Positions 19,745 to 30,269 of a stretch of 64,000 bases of DNA are shown here, one piece after another. Position 1 is the first letter of the stretch. Every line of letters begins with the position of its first letter. The notes beneath the pieces were generated by a model, which saw only the letters and a list, made by a program, of their open reading frames with translations, did no database searches and was not told where the DNA came from. The DNA comes from Bacteroidota bacterium (GTDB lineage Bacteria; Bacteroidota; Bacteroidia; UKL13-3). The stretch lies in assembly GCA_013298895.1 (NCBI GenBank), contig JAAFJM010000006.1:27673-91672 (forward strand), in the 5' to 3' direction. Position numbers and translations under genes: made by a program.

Positions 19745-21112
19745 TTAACCAAATAAAAAACTAAGCATTTCTTCAATCTTCCCTACTTCTATAATTTTTA
19801 TTGATAATCCTTTAGGAAGCTTATTAAATTTTGATAGATAAATAGTGGTAAAACCTAGTTTTTCAGCCTCACTCAAACGTTGTTCAATTCTATTAACAGC
19901 TCTAATTTCTCCACTTAATCCAACTTCACCAACAAAACATATTTTACTATCAATGGCTATATTTTCGTAACTTGAAACAATAGCCGCTATAATGCTTAAA
20001 TCAATTCCAGGATCTTCTACTCTTAAGCCACCAGCTATATTGATAAAAACATCTTGCATACCCATTCGTAAACCACATTTCTTTTCTAAAATAGCCAAAA
20101 GCATGTTCAAACGTTTGGTATCGTAACCATTGCTATTACGCTGAGGTGTTCCATAAACTGCTTGGCTTACTAGTGCTTGCGTTTCAATGAGTAATGGACG
20201 CATGCCTTCAATGGTTGCGGCAATGGTTACCCCACTCAAGGCTTCGTCACGCTGACTAATTAGGATTTCAGAAGGATTTGAAACTTCACGCAAACCGCCA
20301 TTTTGCATTTCATAAATTCCAATTTCACTTGTGCTCCCAAAGCGATTTTTAGTAGTTCTTAAAATTCGGTAAACATGGTGACGGTCGCCTTCAAATTGCA
20401 AAACAGTATCTACCATATGTTCCAACAGTTTGGGACCTGCTATGGTTCCATCTTTGGTAATATGGCCAATTAAAAAAACTGGAGTTCCTGTTTCTTTTGC
20501 AAAACGAATCATATCACTTGCAGTTTCTTTAACTTGTGAAATACTGCCGGGAGTTGCATCAATTAATTCACTTTGGAGTGTTTGAATAGAATCAACTATG
20601 ACAATATCAGGTTGTAATTCTTGGAAAGCTTTGCCAATTTTTTGGGTAGAGGTTTCGGTAAATAAATAGCAATTATCATTATTAAAAGGCAAGCGCTCAG
20701 CACGCATTTTTATTTGTGTATCGCTTTCTTCACCACTGATATAAAGAACTTTTAAGTCGTTAAATTGTAATGCTATTTGTAATAATAAAGTTGATTTTCC
20801 AATACCAGGTTCACCACCAATTAATATTACAGAACCCGGAACCAATCCACCACCCAAAACCCTGCTAAATTCTCCATCCTTTAAAACAAGTCTTATATCA
20901 TTTTTTTGTTCAACTTGATTAATTGGAACAGGCTTTAATGCTCGTTGTGCATTACTCGTTTCTTTCCAAGTACTTTTATAATCAAGTTTTTCTTTATGAA
21001 TTACTTCTTCAATATAAGTGTTCCATTCACCACAGCTATTACACTTACCTACCCATTTGCTTGATGAAGCACCGCAGTTTTTACAAAAAAAAGATGTTGA
21101 AGTTTTTGCCAT
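19745..21112 (-). CDS. radA: DNA repair protein RadA/Sms
   Basis: C4 zinc finger, GEPGIGKS, KNRFG motif, Lon-like C-terminal domain. Confidence 0.98.
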   Translation of the reverse strand: MAKTSTSFFCKNCGASSSKWVGKCNSCGEWNTYIEEVIHKEKLDYKSTWKETSNAQRALKPVPINQVEQKNDIRLVLKDGEFSRVLGGGLVPGSVILIGGEPGIGKSTLLLQIALQFNDLKVLYISGEESDTQIKMRAERLPFNNDNCYLFTETSTQKIGKAFQELQPDIVIVDSIQTLQSELIDATPGSISQVKETASDMIRFAKETGTPVFLIGHITKDGTIAGPKLLEHMVDTVLQFEGDRHHVYRILRTTKNRFGSTSEIGIYEMQNGGLREVSNPSEILISQRDEALSGVTIAATIEGMRPLLIETQALVSQAVYGTPQRNSNGYDTKRLNMLLAILEKKCGLRMGMQDVFINIAGGLRVEDPGIDLSIIAAIVSSYENIAIDSKICFVGEVGLSGEIRAVNRIEQRLSEAEKLGFTTIYLSKFNKLPKGLSIKIIEVGKIEEMLSFLFG

Positions 21113-21280
21113 AATTAATTTGATAAAATTGTTTTTAAATAAACATAATGCATTCTAAAATCATAATCCTGTTTTTAAGTTAAAATAATTCCTTTCAATT
21201 AAGATTTAGCTTGTAAAAATAAAATAAATATATTTGTTTTTTATTTTTATAAAATACATTCTTTAAATTAACACATTATT

Positions 21281-23725
21281 ATGCTGAGATATAAGACAAA
21301 ATTTATTTATTTATTAATAATGCTCCTTTCAACTTTTATGCACTTAAAGGCTCAGGTAGAAAGTGAAAAAGATAGCTTAGAATCTCTATTACCATATGCT
21401 AAAGATAATCAGCGAGCAGATATTTATATAGGATTAGCAGAGGCAATTAAACAATATGATTCTGTAAATGCAATTAGTTACGCAAAACAAGCTTTAAAAA
21501 TATCTAATTCATTAAGTTATGATAAAGGTATAGCCGGTGCTAATATCATTTTAGGTTATATTGACAGAAACAATGGAAACTATAAAAGTGCAAAAATAAG
21601 GTACTTATTTGCGGTATCTTATGCATTAAAATCAAATGATTTAAATACAATTGCTTGGGCTTATCAAAACATGGGTAATTTATATTATATACAAGCTGAC
21701 TACCCTAAAGCTATGCGCTATTATTTAGGTGCTTTAAAAAAAGGAGAAGAGGCTGGTAATTTAAAGAGAATTGCTTTAGCATCTAATCAAATTGGTTCAT
21801 TATACTCAAATATAAATGATACAAATAAAGCTACTTTCTTTTATCAAAAGGCTTTCAACATATTAAAAGATTTGGGCGATGAAATAGCATATGCTCGTAT
21901 ATCAACAAATTTAGGAAATATTTATAAAAGTAAAGAAGAATATATGAGGGCTTTGTATCATTACAACCAAAGTTTAGAAGTTTTTAGAAAGCATAAATTA
22001 CTTACGGATATATCAACTGTTTTGAATAATGTAGGTACAATTTATTTAGCACAAAAAAAGATTAAAAAAGCATTCCCCTTCATAGCAGAATCATACTTGA
22101 TAGATTTACAATCTAAAGATATGCTTTCATTGTCCGTATCTTCCATGAACTTATCTAGCTATTATTTCGAAACTAAAAAAATAGATAGTGCCATTTTTTA
22201 TGGAGAAATTTCCTTTAACACTGCAAAAAAAAACAACTTTGGTCTTGAATATACAGAGGCTTGTTTGCATTTAAGTAAAATTTATAATTCAAAAGGAAAT
22301 AAAGAACGAGCTTTCTATTATTTAAATGAAAGCAATAATTCGCAAGTACTGAGTGCAAACAACGGTGCAGAAATAGAAGGTATAAGATCTGATTTTGAAA
22401 AGGCAAAAAAAGATGAAGTATTAACTAAACTTGATGCTGAAAACAAGGAAAGTAAAAGCACAGCCAAAGAAAGTAAACTAAATTCACAAAAAAAGAATGT
22501 TGTATTACTGGTTTTGGTATGTGTAATTGTTTTTTTTATATTGATAATTATTCTATTCTTCTACTTTTTAACTCAAAAGAAAAAAACTAAAAATTTAGAA
22601 ATTACTTCTGCGTCTAAAAGCAATATCCTTAACAGAATAAATCACGAATTAAGAACCCCTTTAAATTCATTAATTAACTATAGCTATTTAGCCAATGAAA
22701 GTAAAAATCTAACTGAACTAAGAGAATACTTATCAGGTATTAACGCCTCAAGCAATGATTTGTTATTTAGTATGAATAATATTGTAAGTTATTTACAAAT
22801 TGATGCAAAGAATGATTTGGTTTTTGAAGAGCATTTTGACTTTTTAGATACTTTAAAATCAATCTTTAGTACATTTCAAATTCAATGTAATCAAAAAGGT
22901 ATTTTATTTTCACAATTAATTTCACCAGAATTACCAAGGTATTTGAAAGCTGATAAAACAAAAATTACCACAATAATTCAAAATTTATTAAACAACGCAC
23001 TCAAATTCAGTGAAAATGGTGTAATTAAAATTGAAATCAAACATCTAAACCAAGATAAAATTCAAAACTATACTAAGTGCTTCATTTTAATTTCCGTAAC
23101 TGATGAAGGAAAGGGTCTTAATGGTAAAACTTTAAAGGATTTAATTTTAAATACTAAAAAAGAAAATAATAACGGCTTTGGGCTTGGGTTATTCATTGTA
23201 AAAAAATATGTTGAAAAACTTAACGGTTCTTTTGAATTAACTAATAATGAAACAATAGGCTGCAATGCAATTGTTAAATTTGAGTCTACTATTGACAACA
23301 AAGAAGATAATGAGGACACTATTTCTAGTTTAAACAATATTAAGCTAAGTAAAAATTTATCCATCCTATTGGTTGAAGACGACTTAACAAATAGTTATAC
23401 TTTACAAAAAATATTAGAGCGTAAAGGATATAATGTAATTTGTGTAGATAAAGGAAAGGATGCTTTTACTGAATTGCTAAAAACATCCATTGATATTGTT
23501 TTAATTGATTTAGGTTTACCTGATATGAGTGGATTAGAAGTAGCTAAATGTATTAGGCTAGGAGGAGAATTCTCTCTAGAAAAAGACATTCCAATTATTG
23601 CTTTATCAGCCAATGCGGACCCAATAGAAATGCAAGATTGCGTAAAAATTGGAATTAATGAATACCTAACCAAACCAATAAATAAAGAGTTGTTGATTAA
23701 TAAAATGCATGAATTAGTTAAATAA
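21281..23725 (+). CDS. TPR-containing hybrid sensor histidine kinase with receiver domain
   Basis: TPRs, TM helix, INHELRTPLN, NLLNNALKFS, GFGLGL, receiver LLVEDD...IDLGLPDMSG...KP. Confidence 0.92.
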   Translation: MLRYKTKFIYLLIMLLSTFMHLKAQVESEKDSLESLLPYAKDNQRADIYIGLAEAIKQYDSVNAISYAKQALKISNSLSYDKGIAGANIILGYIDRNNGNYKSAKIRYLFAVSYALKSNDLNTIAWAYQNMGNLYYIQADYPKAMRYYLGALKKGEEAGNLKRIALASNQIGSLYSNINDTNKATFFYQKAFNILKDLGDEIAYARISTNLGNIYKSKEEYMRALYHYNQSLEVFRKHKLLTDISTVLNNVGTIYLAQKKIKKAFPFIAESYLIDLQSKDMLSLSVSSMNLSSYYFETKKIDSAIFYGEISFNTAKKNNFGLEYTEACLHLSKIYNSKGNKERAFYYLNESNNSQVLSANNGAEIEGIRSDFEKAKKDEVLTKLDAENKESKSTAKESKLNSQKKNVVLLVLVCVIVFFILIIILFFYFLTQKKKTKNLEITSASKSNILNRINHELRTPLNSLINYSYLANESKNLTELREYLSGINASSNDLLFSMNNIVSYLQIDAKNDLVFEEHFDFLDTLKSIFSTFQIQCNQKGILFSQLISPELPRYLKADKTKITTIIQNLLNNALKFSENGVIKIEIKHLNQDKIQNYTKCFILISVTDEGKGLNGKTLKDLILNTKKENNNGFGLGLFIVKKYVEKLNGSFELTNNETIGCNAIVKFESTIDNKEDNEDTISSLNNIKLSKNLSILLVEDDLTNSYTLQKILERKGYNVICVDKGKDAFTELLKTSIDIVLIDLGLPDMSGLEVAKCIRLGGEFSLEKDIPIIALSANADPIEMQDCVKIGINEYLTKPINKELLINKMHELVK

Positions 23726-23889
23726 AGCTGTTATATCAATTCATGATTTTAATTTTTTTTGAGAAAATAACTCTATAAATCAAATAATTGTAAATATTAT
23801 AAAATCAATAAAAATATTTAGTGGCTTATAAAAACGCTAGTTTTATTTAAATAAAATAGCATATTTGCCACACTTTTAAAAAAATAAAA

Positions 23890-24774
23890 ATGGCAGTTTT
23901 AGTTAATAACGATTCAAAAGTAATTGTTCAAGGATTTACAGGTAGCGAAGGAACTTTCCACGCTCAACAAATGATAGAATACGGAACCAACGTAGTTGGT
24001 GGTGTTACTCCTGGTAAAGGTGGTCAAACTCATTTAGATAGACCTGTATTTAATACAGTTAAAGATGCTGTAGAAAAAGCAAGTGCTAATACCTCAATTA
24101 TATTTGTACCACCAGCTTTTGCTGCTGATGCAATTATGGAAGCGGCTGATGCTGGAATTAAAGTAATTATTTGTATTACTGAAGGTATTCCGGTAGCAGA
24201 TATGATTCCAGTAAAAGAATATATCAAATCGCGCGGTTGTACATTAATCGGTCCAAACTGCCCAGGTGTTATCACTCCAGGCCAAGCTAAAGTTGGTATT
24301 ATGCCAGGGTTCGTTTTCAAATCAGGTAGAGTAGGTATTGTTTCTAAATCTGGTACTTTAACTTACGAAGCAGCCGACCAAATTGTAAAAGCTGGTTTAG
24401 GTATTTCTACTGCTATTGGTATTGGTGGCGATCCAATTATTGGAACTCCAACTAAAGATGCAGTTGAATTATTAATGAACGATCCTGAAACTGATGCCAT
24501 TATTATGATTGGTGAAATTGGAGGAAGCTACGAAGCAGATGCTGCACGTTGGATTAAAGCTAATGGTAATAAAAAACCTGTTGTAGGTTTTATAGCTGGA
24601 CAAACTGCTCCTGCTGGCCGCAGAATGGGTCATGCTGGTGCTATTGTTGGTGGACACGATGATACTGCTGCTGCTAAAATGAAAATTATGGCAGAATGTG
24701 GTGTTCATGTTGTTGATTCGCCCGCAGAAATTGGTTCTAAAATGGCTGAAGTATTAGGCTTAAAAGCTAACTAA
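23890..24774 (+). CDS. sucD: Succinate--CoA ligase subunit alpha
   Basis: [29 protein letters not shown] (phospho-His). Confidence 0.98.
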   Translation: MAVLVNNDSKVIVQGFTGSEGTFHAQQMIEYGTNVVGGVTPGKGGQTHLDRPVFNTVKDAVEKASANTSIIFVPPAFAADAIMEAADAGIKVIICITEGIPVADMIPVKEYIKSRGCTLIGPNCPGVITPGQAKVGIMPGFVFKSGRVGIVSKSGTLTYEAADQIVKAGLGISTAIGIGGDPIIGTPTKDAVELLMNDPETDAIIMIGEIGGSYEADAARWIKANGNKKPVVGFIAGQTAPAGRRMGHAGAIVGGHDDTAAAKMKIMAECGVHVVDSPAEIGSKMAEVLGLKAN

Positions 24775-24793
24775 TATATACTATAACATTTAT

Positions 24794-24831
24794 AAAAAGA
24801 AAAGCTAATATTGAATTAGCTTTTCTTTTTT
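24794..24831. terminator. Bidirectional intrinsic terminator after sucD
   Basis: AAAAAGAAAAGCTAAT-ATTGA-ATTAGCTTTTCTTTTT inverted repeat. Confidence 0.8.
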
Positions 24832-24832
24832 A

Positions 24833-24904
24833 GGCCTCATAGTTCAATGGATAGAATAGATGTTTCCTAAACATTTGATATGAGTTCGATTCTCGTTGAG
24901 GCTA
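24833..24904 (+). tRNA. tRNA-Arg (anticodon CCT)
   Basis: Cloverleaf: acceptor GGCCTCA/TGAGGCT, D arm GTTC-AATGGATA-GAAT, anticodon arm GATGT-TTCCTAA-ACATT, T arm ATGAG-TTCGATT-CTCGT; CCA not encoded. Confidence 0.92.
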
Positions 24905-24920
24905 CTACAAAATTATTGTA

Positions 24921-25451
24921 TTATTGATTAAACATTTCAGCATAAACTTTGCTTAAATCAACATAACTTTGAGCATTGAGTTTAATTTTTTCAACTTGCT
25001 CAGGTGTAATTTGCTTAACCACTTTTGCAGGTGAACCCAATACCAACGAATAAGGTGGAATTTGCGTGCCATCAGTTACCAAAGAATTTGCCCCAATTAT
25101 GCTAAAATCGCCAATAACAGCATTGTTTAAAATGGTTGAATGCATGCCAACTAACACATGATTTCCAATTTTAGCACCATGAACAATGGCCGAATGACCA
25201 ATGATACAATCATGTCCGATATGAGTTGGACAATTTGGATCAACATGAACTACTGCATTGTCTTGAATATTACTTCTGTCGCCAATAATTATTTCATCTC
25301 CATCGGCACGCAAAACGGCACCAAACCAAATGGAAACCTCATTGCCTAAATTTACATTGCCTATAACTGTAGCAGTTTGTGCTATAAATACTTCATTACC
25401 TTTAACAATTGCTTTAGTTAAAGTAAGTTTCATTTTTTCTTTATTAAACAT
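24921..25451 (-). CDS. Gamma-carbonic anhydrase family protein
   Basis: GAVLRAD, SNIQDNAVVH, IGHSAIVHGA hexapeptide repeats with His ligands; start may be 25433. Confidence 0.93.
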   Translation of the reverse strand: MFNKEKMKLTLTKAIVKGNEVFIAQTATVIGNVNLGNEVSIWFGAVLRADGDEIIIGDRSNIQDNAVVHVDPNCPTHIGHDCIIGHSAIVHGAKIGNHVLVGMHSTILNNAVIGDFSIIGANSLVTDGTQIPPYSLVLGSPAKVVKQITPEQVEKIKLNAQSYVDLSKVYAEMFNQ

Positions 25452-25457
25452 TTTATT

Positions 25458-26615
25458 TTATAAGGCTAAAGCAATATCTAAATACACAAAAATATCATCA
25501 GGTAATTCATCTCCTTTTTTAGTAGCACGTTTATGCCCAGTTCGAACCACAATTAAATTGTTATCAGGCACCGCAAAAATGTATTGGCCCCTAATTCCTC
25601 TGCAATAAAATATATCGTGACCTTTGTGTTTCATAACCCACCATTGGTAACCATATTTATCGTTTGGTTTGCCATCAATATCTTTTAAGTTAGCCAATTG
25701 AATTGATTCTTGAATGTATGAAGAGTCTAATATTTGCTCACCATTCCAATTACCTCTGTTCATATAAAGTTTAGCAAAACGAGCAAAATCGCGGGCTGTT
25801 GCATACCAACAGCAGCTTACTTTTTCCATTCCATCTGCTTTATCTAAACTCCAAAAAGCAGGTTGTTCTGCCCCCATTTTTTGCCATAAATTTTCAGCAG
25901 CAAACTGCGAAACAGTTTTATTACCCAAAACTTTTTTCAAAATTATTCCAAGTAATTGTGTGTCGCCTCCTTTGTATTTCCAAGTAATTCCTGGTGTTTC
26001 TTTTACTCCTGCTTTTAAAGTTAAGGCATTTACATCGTTTCCATAATAAGCCTCGCTTGGCCATGCTAAAGGACTATTATATGTTTCATCAAAATCAATT
26101 CCGCTACTCATGGTAAGCAAATGTTTGATGGTAATTTTAGCTTTATCACCTTCTTTATAACTATCAATATAATTGCCAACGGGTTCATCTACACTTTTTA
26201 TCAAACCTTGTTTAATGGCAATACCAATTAAAGCAGCAGTAAAACTTTTAGCCATACTGAACGAGTTGGTTACACTTTTATCATTGTTTTGTTCCCAATA
26301 GTTTTCGTAAACAATCGAATCGTTTTTAATCACCAAAAATGAAGTTGTTTTAAACGATTCCATTTTTTGGATGAGGCTAGCATCAATTTTTGCCTTGTTG
26401 TAATTTACCGAAACTACCCAAGGTTGTGGTTTGGTAGCAGCCATTTCTCGGTAAGGAAATAAATGAAGTTCATCAATATCAGGACTTAATTTGCCACTAA
26501 AAATAGTCATGGCAAAAACACGATTTAAAAATGTTTTGCCATTAATTAATATGGCAGCTTCGCCAATAATTAGTAAGCTAATAATAACTATAAAAAACCA
26601 CTTGATGAATTTCAT
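25458..26615 (-). CDS. Serine hydrolase of the beta-lactamase class C-like family
   Basis: SxxK (SMAK), HLLTMSSG, downstream Tyr motif, N-terminal membrane anchor. Confidence 0.88.
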   Translation of the reverse strand: MKFIKWFFIVIISLLIIGEAAILINGKTFLNRVFAMTIFSGKLSPDIDELHLFPYREMAATKPQPWVVSVNYNKAKIDASLIQKMESFKTTSFLVIKNDSIVYENYWEQNNDKSVTNSFSMAKSFTAALIGIAIKQGLIKSVDEPVGNYIDSYKEGDKAKITIKHLLTMSSGIDFDETYNSPLAWPSEAYYGNDVNALTLKAGVKETPGITWKYKGGDTQLLGIILKKVLGNKTVSQFAAENLWQKMGAEQPAFWSLDKADGMEKVSCCWYATARDFARFAKLYMNRGNWNGEQILDSSYIQESIQLANLKDIDGKPNDKYGYQWWVMKHKGHDIFYCRGIRGQYIFAVPDNNLIVVRTGHKRATKKGDELPDDIFVYLDIALAL

Positions 26616-26646
26616 TTTTTATTCTAAATTACACTTTAAAAGATAA

Positions 26647-27744
26647 TTAAGAAAATTTATCGTTGAATTTTATTTTTATATCAGTAGCAATTTGTTTCAC
26701 TTCTTGTTCTTGGTTTTTATCGCAAATTAATAGCACATCAGGAGTATCTACTATGATTAAGTCTTTCACCGATTTTATGGCTATTATTTTGTTCCCTAAT
26801 GTTTCAGCTTTGTTTACCAAACATCCATCCACATTGTAAAGAAAAACATTTTTACCTTTAATAGCATTTTCGTTGTCATCCTTTGTCGATATTTCGTACA
26901 ATGAGGTCCAAGTGCCTAAATCACTCCAACCAAATTCGCTTGGAATAACATAAACATTATCAGCTTTTTCCATTATTCCATAATCAATACTAATACTACG
27001 ACATTGTTCATAAAATGTTCTAATAGTCTCAGCTTCGTTTTCGGTAAATAGGTTCTGTGAAGCACTTTCAAAAATATCATATTGCTCAGGCAAATGCTGC
27101 TTAAATGCTTTTTTTATGGATGAAATAGACCAGATAAATATACCTGCATTCCATAAAAAATCTCCACTTTCAATAAAAGTTTTTGCTATTTCCAAAGTAG
27201 GCTTTTCAGTAAACGTTTTTACTTTATGGATATCAGCAGTTACCGTTTCCTCGATATATTGAATATAACCATATCCTGTGTCTGGTCTGCTTGGTCTAAT
27301 TCCTAAAGTAACAAGTGAAGGACTTTTATGTGCATACGCCATTGCTTCGCCAACATATTTTAAAAATTTTTCTTCATCTATTATCAAATGATCGCTTGGT
27401 GCTACTATACAAGCTGCATGAGTATTTAGTTTATGAATTTTAGCGCTAGCATATGCAATACAAGCAGCAGTATTTTTTGCTGTTGGCTCACCTAAAATTC
27501 TATCTTCAGGCATATTAGGTAATTGCTCTTTAACTAAAGAAATATAAGCAGCATTGGTAACTATAAAAATATTTTCAGGTAAAAAAGATTTCAAAAACCT
27601 ATCATAGGTTTGCTGCATTAATGTTTTTCCTGTCCCTAAAATATCTAAAAACTGTTTTGGATATGTGCTTCGACTAGCAGGCCAAAAACGACTTCCAACT
27701 CCACCTGCCATTATAATGGCATAATTATTTTTATTTTTTTCCAT
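26647..27744 (-). CDS. Mannose-1-phosphate guanylyltransferase
   Basis: MAGGVGSRFWPASR..PKQFL, PSDH, TGYGYI, FTEKP, WSDLGTW. Confidence 0.95.
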   Translation of the reverse strand: MEKNKNNYAIIMAGGVGSRFWPASRSTYPKQFLDILGTGKTLMQQTYDRFLKSFLPENIFIVTNAAYISLVKEQLPNMPEDRILGEPTAKNTAACIAYASAKIHKLNTHAACIVAPSDHLIIDEEKFLKYVGEAMAYAHKSPSLVTLGIRPSRPDTGYGYIQYIEETVTADIHKVKTFTEKPTLEIAKTFIESGDFLWNAGIFIWSISSIKKAFKQHLPEQYDIFESASQNLFTENEAETIRTFYEQCRSISIDYGIMEKADNVYVIPSEFGWSDLGTWTSLYEISTKDDNENAIKGKNVFLYNVDGCLVNKAETLGNKIIAIKSVKDLIIVDTPDVLLICDKNQEQEVKQIATDIKIKFNDKFS

Positions 27745-27989
27745 TAATTAAACTTAAAGTTGAAATAAAACTTCTTCTATTAAGGCTGGCAATTTACTTT
27801 ATTTTTAAAGTTTTATAAAAATTTATTTTACCTAATAAAAATAAATTTATTTGTTAAAATTGTTTATGTATTCACATCATCACATTAAATTATTGCCTTG
27901 ATAATTGCAAAAATTCAAATGGTTATTTGATTATTATCAACTCCAGTTCAATTGTTTTTAGGTATTTTTACCAAAAATATTTAACACAA

Positions 27990-29324
27990 ATGCAAGAAAA
28001 AATTACAATTGTAGGTGGTGGTCTTTCGGGTTCATTATTAGCTATATACATGGCAAAACGTGGTTTTGAGGTGAGCCTTTTTGAACGCAGACCCGATATG
28101 CGTAAAAACAAAATTTATGCTGGTAAATCAATCAACTTGGCATTGTCAACTCGTGGTTTAAATGCACTGTCTAAAATTGGTTTAGATACCGAAATATTAA
28201 ACGATGCCATTCCCATGGCTGGCCGTATGATGCATAGTGTAAAAGGCGAACTTACTTATCAGCCTTATGGTAAAGAAGGGCAAGCCATTAACTCGGTATC
28301 GCGCGGCAGGTTAAATACCAAATTGGTAGAACTAGCCGATGAATACCCAAACATTACCATTTACTTTAATGCTAAATGTGTGGATGTAGATTTAACCAAA
28401 AACTTGTGTGTTTTTGAAATGGAAGATGGCAGTAAAAAAGAAGTTTGGAGCGATAGAATTATAGGAACCGATGGTGCTTTTGCAGCTACTCGTGGTAAAA
28501 TGCAAATGGGCGATAGGTTTAATTACTCTCAAAATTATTTGCATGTAGGTTATAAAGAATTGGTTATTCCTGCGGGTCCTAATGCTGAGTTTTTAATGGA
28601 AAAAGGGGCATTGCATATTTGGCCTCGTGGCTCATATATGATGATAGCTTTACCTAATCCTGCAGGCGATTTTACGTGTACTTTATTTATGCCTTTTGAA
28701 GGTGAATATGGATTTACAAACTTAGATACAAAAGAAAAAGTAGTTGAATTTTTTAAAACCAATTTCTCTGATGCAGTAGCTTTAATGCCTACTTTGGCCG
28801 AAGACTTTTTTACCAACCCAACTTCAAGTTTGGTTACTGTTAAATGTTATCCTTGGGTAAAAGAAGATAAATTGGCTTTAATGGGCGATGCTGCACATGC
28901 CATTGTTCCATTTTATGGTCAAGGTATGAACTGTAGTTTTGAAGATGTAGTAGTTTTTGATGAATGTGTAGAAAAGTATTTTCCTAATTGGACAAAAGTA
29001 TTTGACGAATACCAAAAATTACGCAAACCAAATGCGGATGCTATAGCCGATTTGGCTGTTCAAAATTATTATGAAATGGCCGATAAAGTAGGCGACAAAG
29101 AGTTTTTACATAAAAAACATATTGAGCACGATTTAAGCGATTTATATCCTGAAAAATACAAATCGCAATACGAGTTAACTACCTTTAGTTTATCATCGTA
29201 TAGTTATGCTTTAAACCAAGGAAAGAAAAACGAAGCTTTGATTGACCGCATCATTGCCGATAAAGCCGAAGACAAAATAAAAGATGCAGCATACATGGAT
29301 ACCTTGTGGCATTTATTAGCATAA
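27990..29324 (+). CDS. kmo: Kynurenine 3-monooxygenase
   Basis: GGGLSG, GKSINLALSTRG, ALHIWPRG, FTCTLF, GDAAHAIVPFYGQGMNCSFED; ATG at 27990. Confidence 0.92.
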   Translation: MQEKITIVGGGLSGSLLAIYMAKRGFEVSLFERRPDMRKNKIYAGKSINLALSTRGLNALSKIGLDTEILNDAIPMAGRMMHSVKGELTYQPYGKEGQAINSVSRGRLNTKLVELADEYPNITIYFNAKCVDVDLTKNLCVFEMEDGSKKEVWSDRIIGTDGAFAATRGKMQMGDRFNYSQNYLHVGYKELVIPAGPNAEFLMEKGALHIWPRGSYMMIALPNPAGDFTCTLFMPFEGEYGFTNLDTKEKVVEFFKTNFSDAVALMPTLAEDFFTNPTSSLVTVKCYPWVKEDKLALMGDAAHAIVPFYGQGMNCSFEDVVVFDECVEKYFPNWTKVFDEYQKLRKPNADAIADLAVQNYYEMADKVGDKEFLHKKHIEHDLSDLYPEKYKSQYELTTFSLSSYSYALNQGKKNEALIDRIIADKAEDKIKDAAYMDTLWHLLA

Positions 29325-29382
29325 ATTTTTTTTGTAAGGAACGAAGTAATTTCGTAAAGAGATTGCTGTAATAAAGATTTTG

Positions 29383-29638
29383 TATCAAACGTCAATGCGA
29401 ACGAAGAGAAGCAATCTCAAGCGATAAAAATTGTACTTCATAACTTGAGATTGCTTCGTTCCTCGCAATGACGAATACTTCCGCAGCTTGCTCAAAAATA
29501 AAGCTTTCTTGACCGATAGTTATCTGACTTGCAATTACAATTATCCTTTATCAAACGTCATTGCGATCGAAGAGAAGCAATCTCAAGCGAGAAAATTGTA
29601 CTTCATAACTTGAGATTGCTTCATTCCTCGCAATGACG
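29383..29638. repeat. Two tandem copies of an ~84-bp REP-like palindromic element
   Basis: Copies at 29390-29473 and 29556-29638: CGTCA(A/T)TGCGA..GAAGCAATCTCAAG-loop-CTTGAGATTGCTTC..TCGCAATGACG, each preceded by TATCAAA. Confidence 0.9.
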
Positions 29639-29702
29639 CGCTCAACTATATATTAATTTAGTCATGCCGATTGCGTTAAATATTTTTACTTTTGTAACCA
29701 CT

Positions 29703-30137
29703 ATGAAAAAAATACTTTTTGTACTCACCATATTGCTTTGCCAAAAAGCATTTGCGCAAAATTATACTGCCGAAAAATTGGCTATTTCTCAACTATTAAT
29801 AAAACAACAAGCTGCTTGGAATAATGGCAATATTGAAGGTTTTATGGCTCCTTATTGGTATAGCGATAGTCTTCAATTTATTGGTAAAAAAGGGATAACC
29901 TTTGGTTGGCAAAATACCTTAGACAATTATAAAAAATCGTACCCTGATACTTCGGCCATGGGTCAGTTAACTTTCGAAATTGTAAAAATTGATGTATTGG
30001 CTAAAAACAATGCTTTTGTTATTGGTAAATGGTTTTTAAATCGCCAAGCAGGTAAAGGAAATCTAGGAGGTTATTTTACTTTATTGCTTAAAAAAATGAA
30101 AGGTAAATGGGTTATCGTTTCCGATCATTCATCATAA
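29703..30137 (+). CDS. Secreted NTF2-like (DUF4440/SnoaL-like) protein
   Basis: Signal peptide; AWNNGNIEGFM..YW, MGQLTF and terminal DHSS. Confidence 0.85.
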   Translation: MKKILFVLTILLCQKAFAQNYTAEKLAISQLLIKQQAAWNNGNIEGFMAPYWYSDSLQFIGKKGITFGWQNTLDNYKKSYPDTSAMGQLTFEIVKIDVLAKNNAFVIGKWFLNRQAGKGNLGGYFTLLLKKMKGKWVIVSDHSS

Positions 30138-30269
30138 AAGAAAATTTAAAAGGCTGCTTTTGTTAAGGCACCCTTTTTTATTTTATTACATTGAGATGTA
30201 ATGCTATATCAAAGAACTACATCTAAAATAAAGTTTTAAATAGTTAAACTAAATTATGATTTTCCCATT

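Noticed and set aside
24833-25000. tRNA as an integration site for a genomic island
   Set aside because: No integrase, and I found no duplicate of the tRNA 3' end; the flanking genes are ordinary.
25458-26615. Antibiotic-resistance beta-lactamase
   Set aside because: SxxK is present but the YxN and KTG motifs of AmpC are not (YKG and CRG instead), which fits an esterase/amidase-type serine hydrolase.
29383-29638. Possible CRISPR array
   Set aside because: Only two units of about 84 bp with an ~80-bp gap, far from CRISPR repeat size, and no cas genes in the window.
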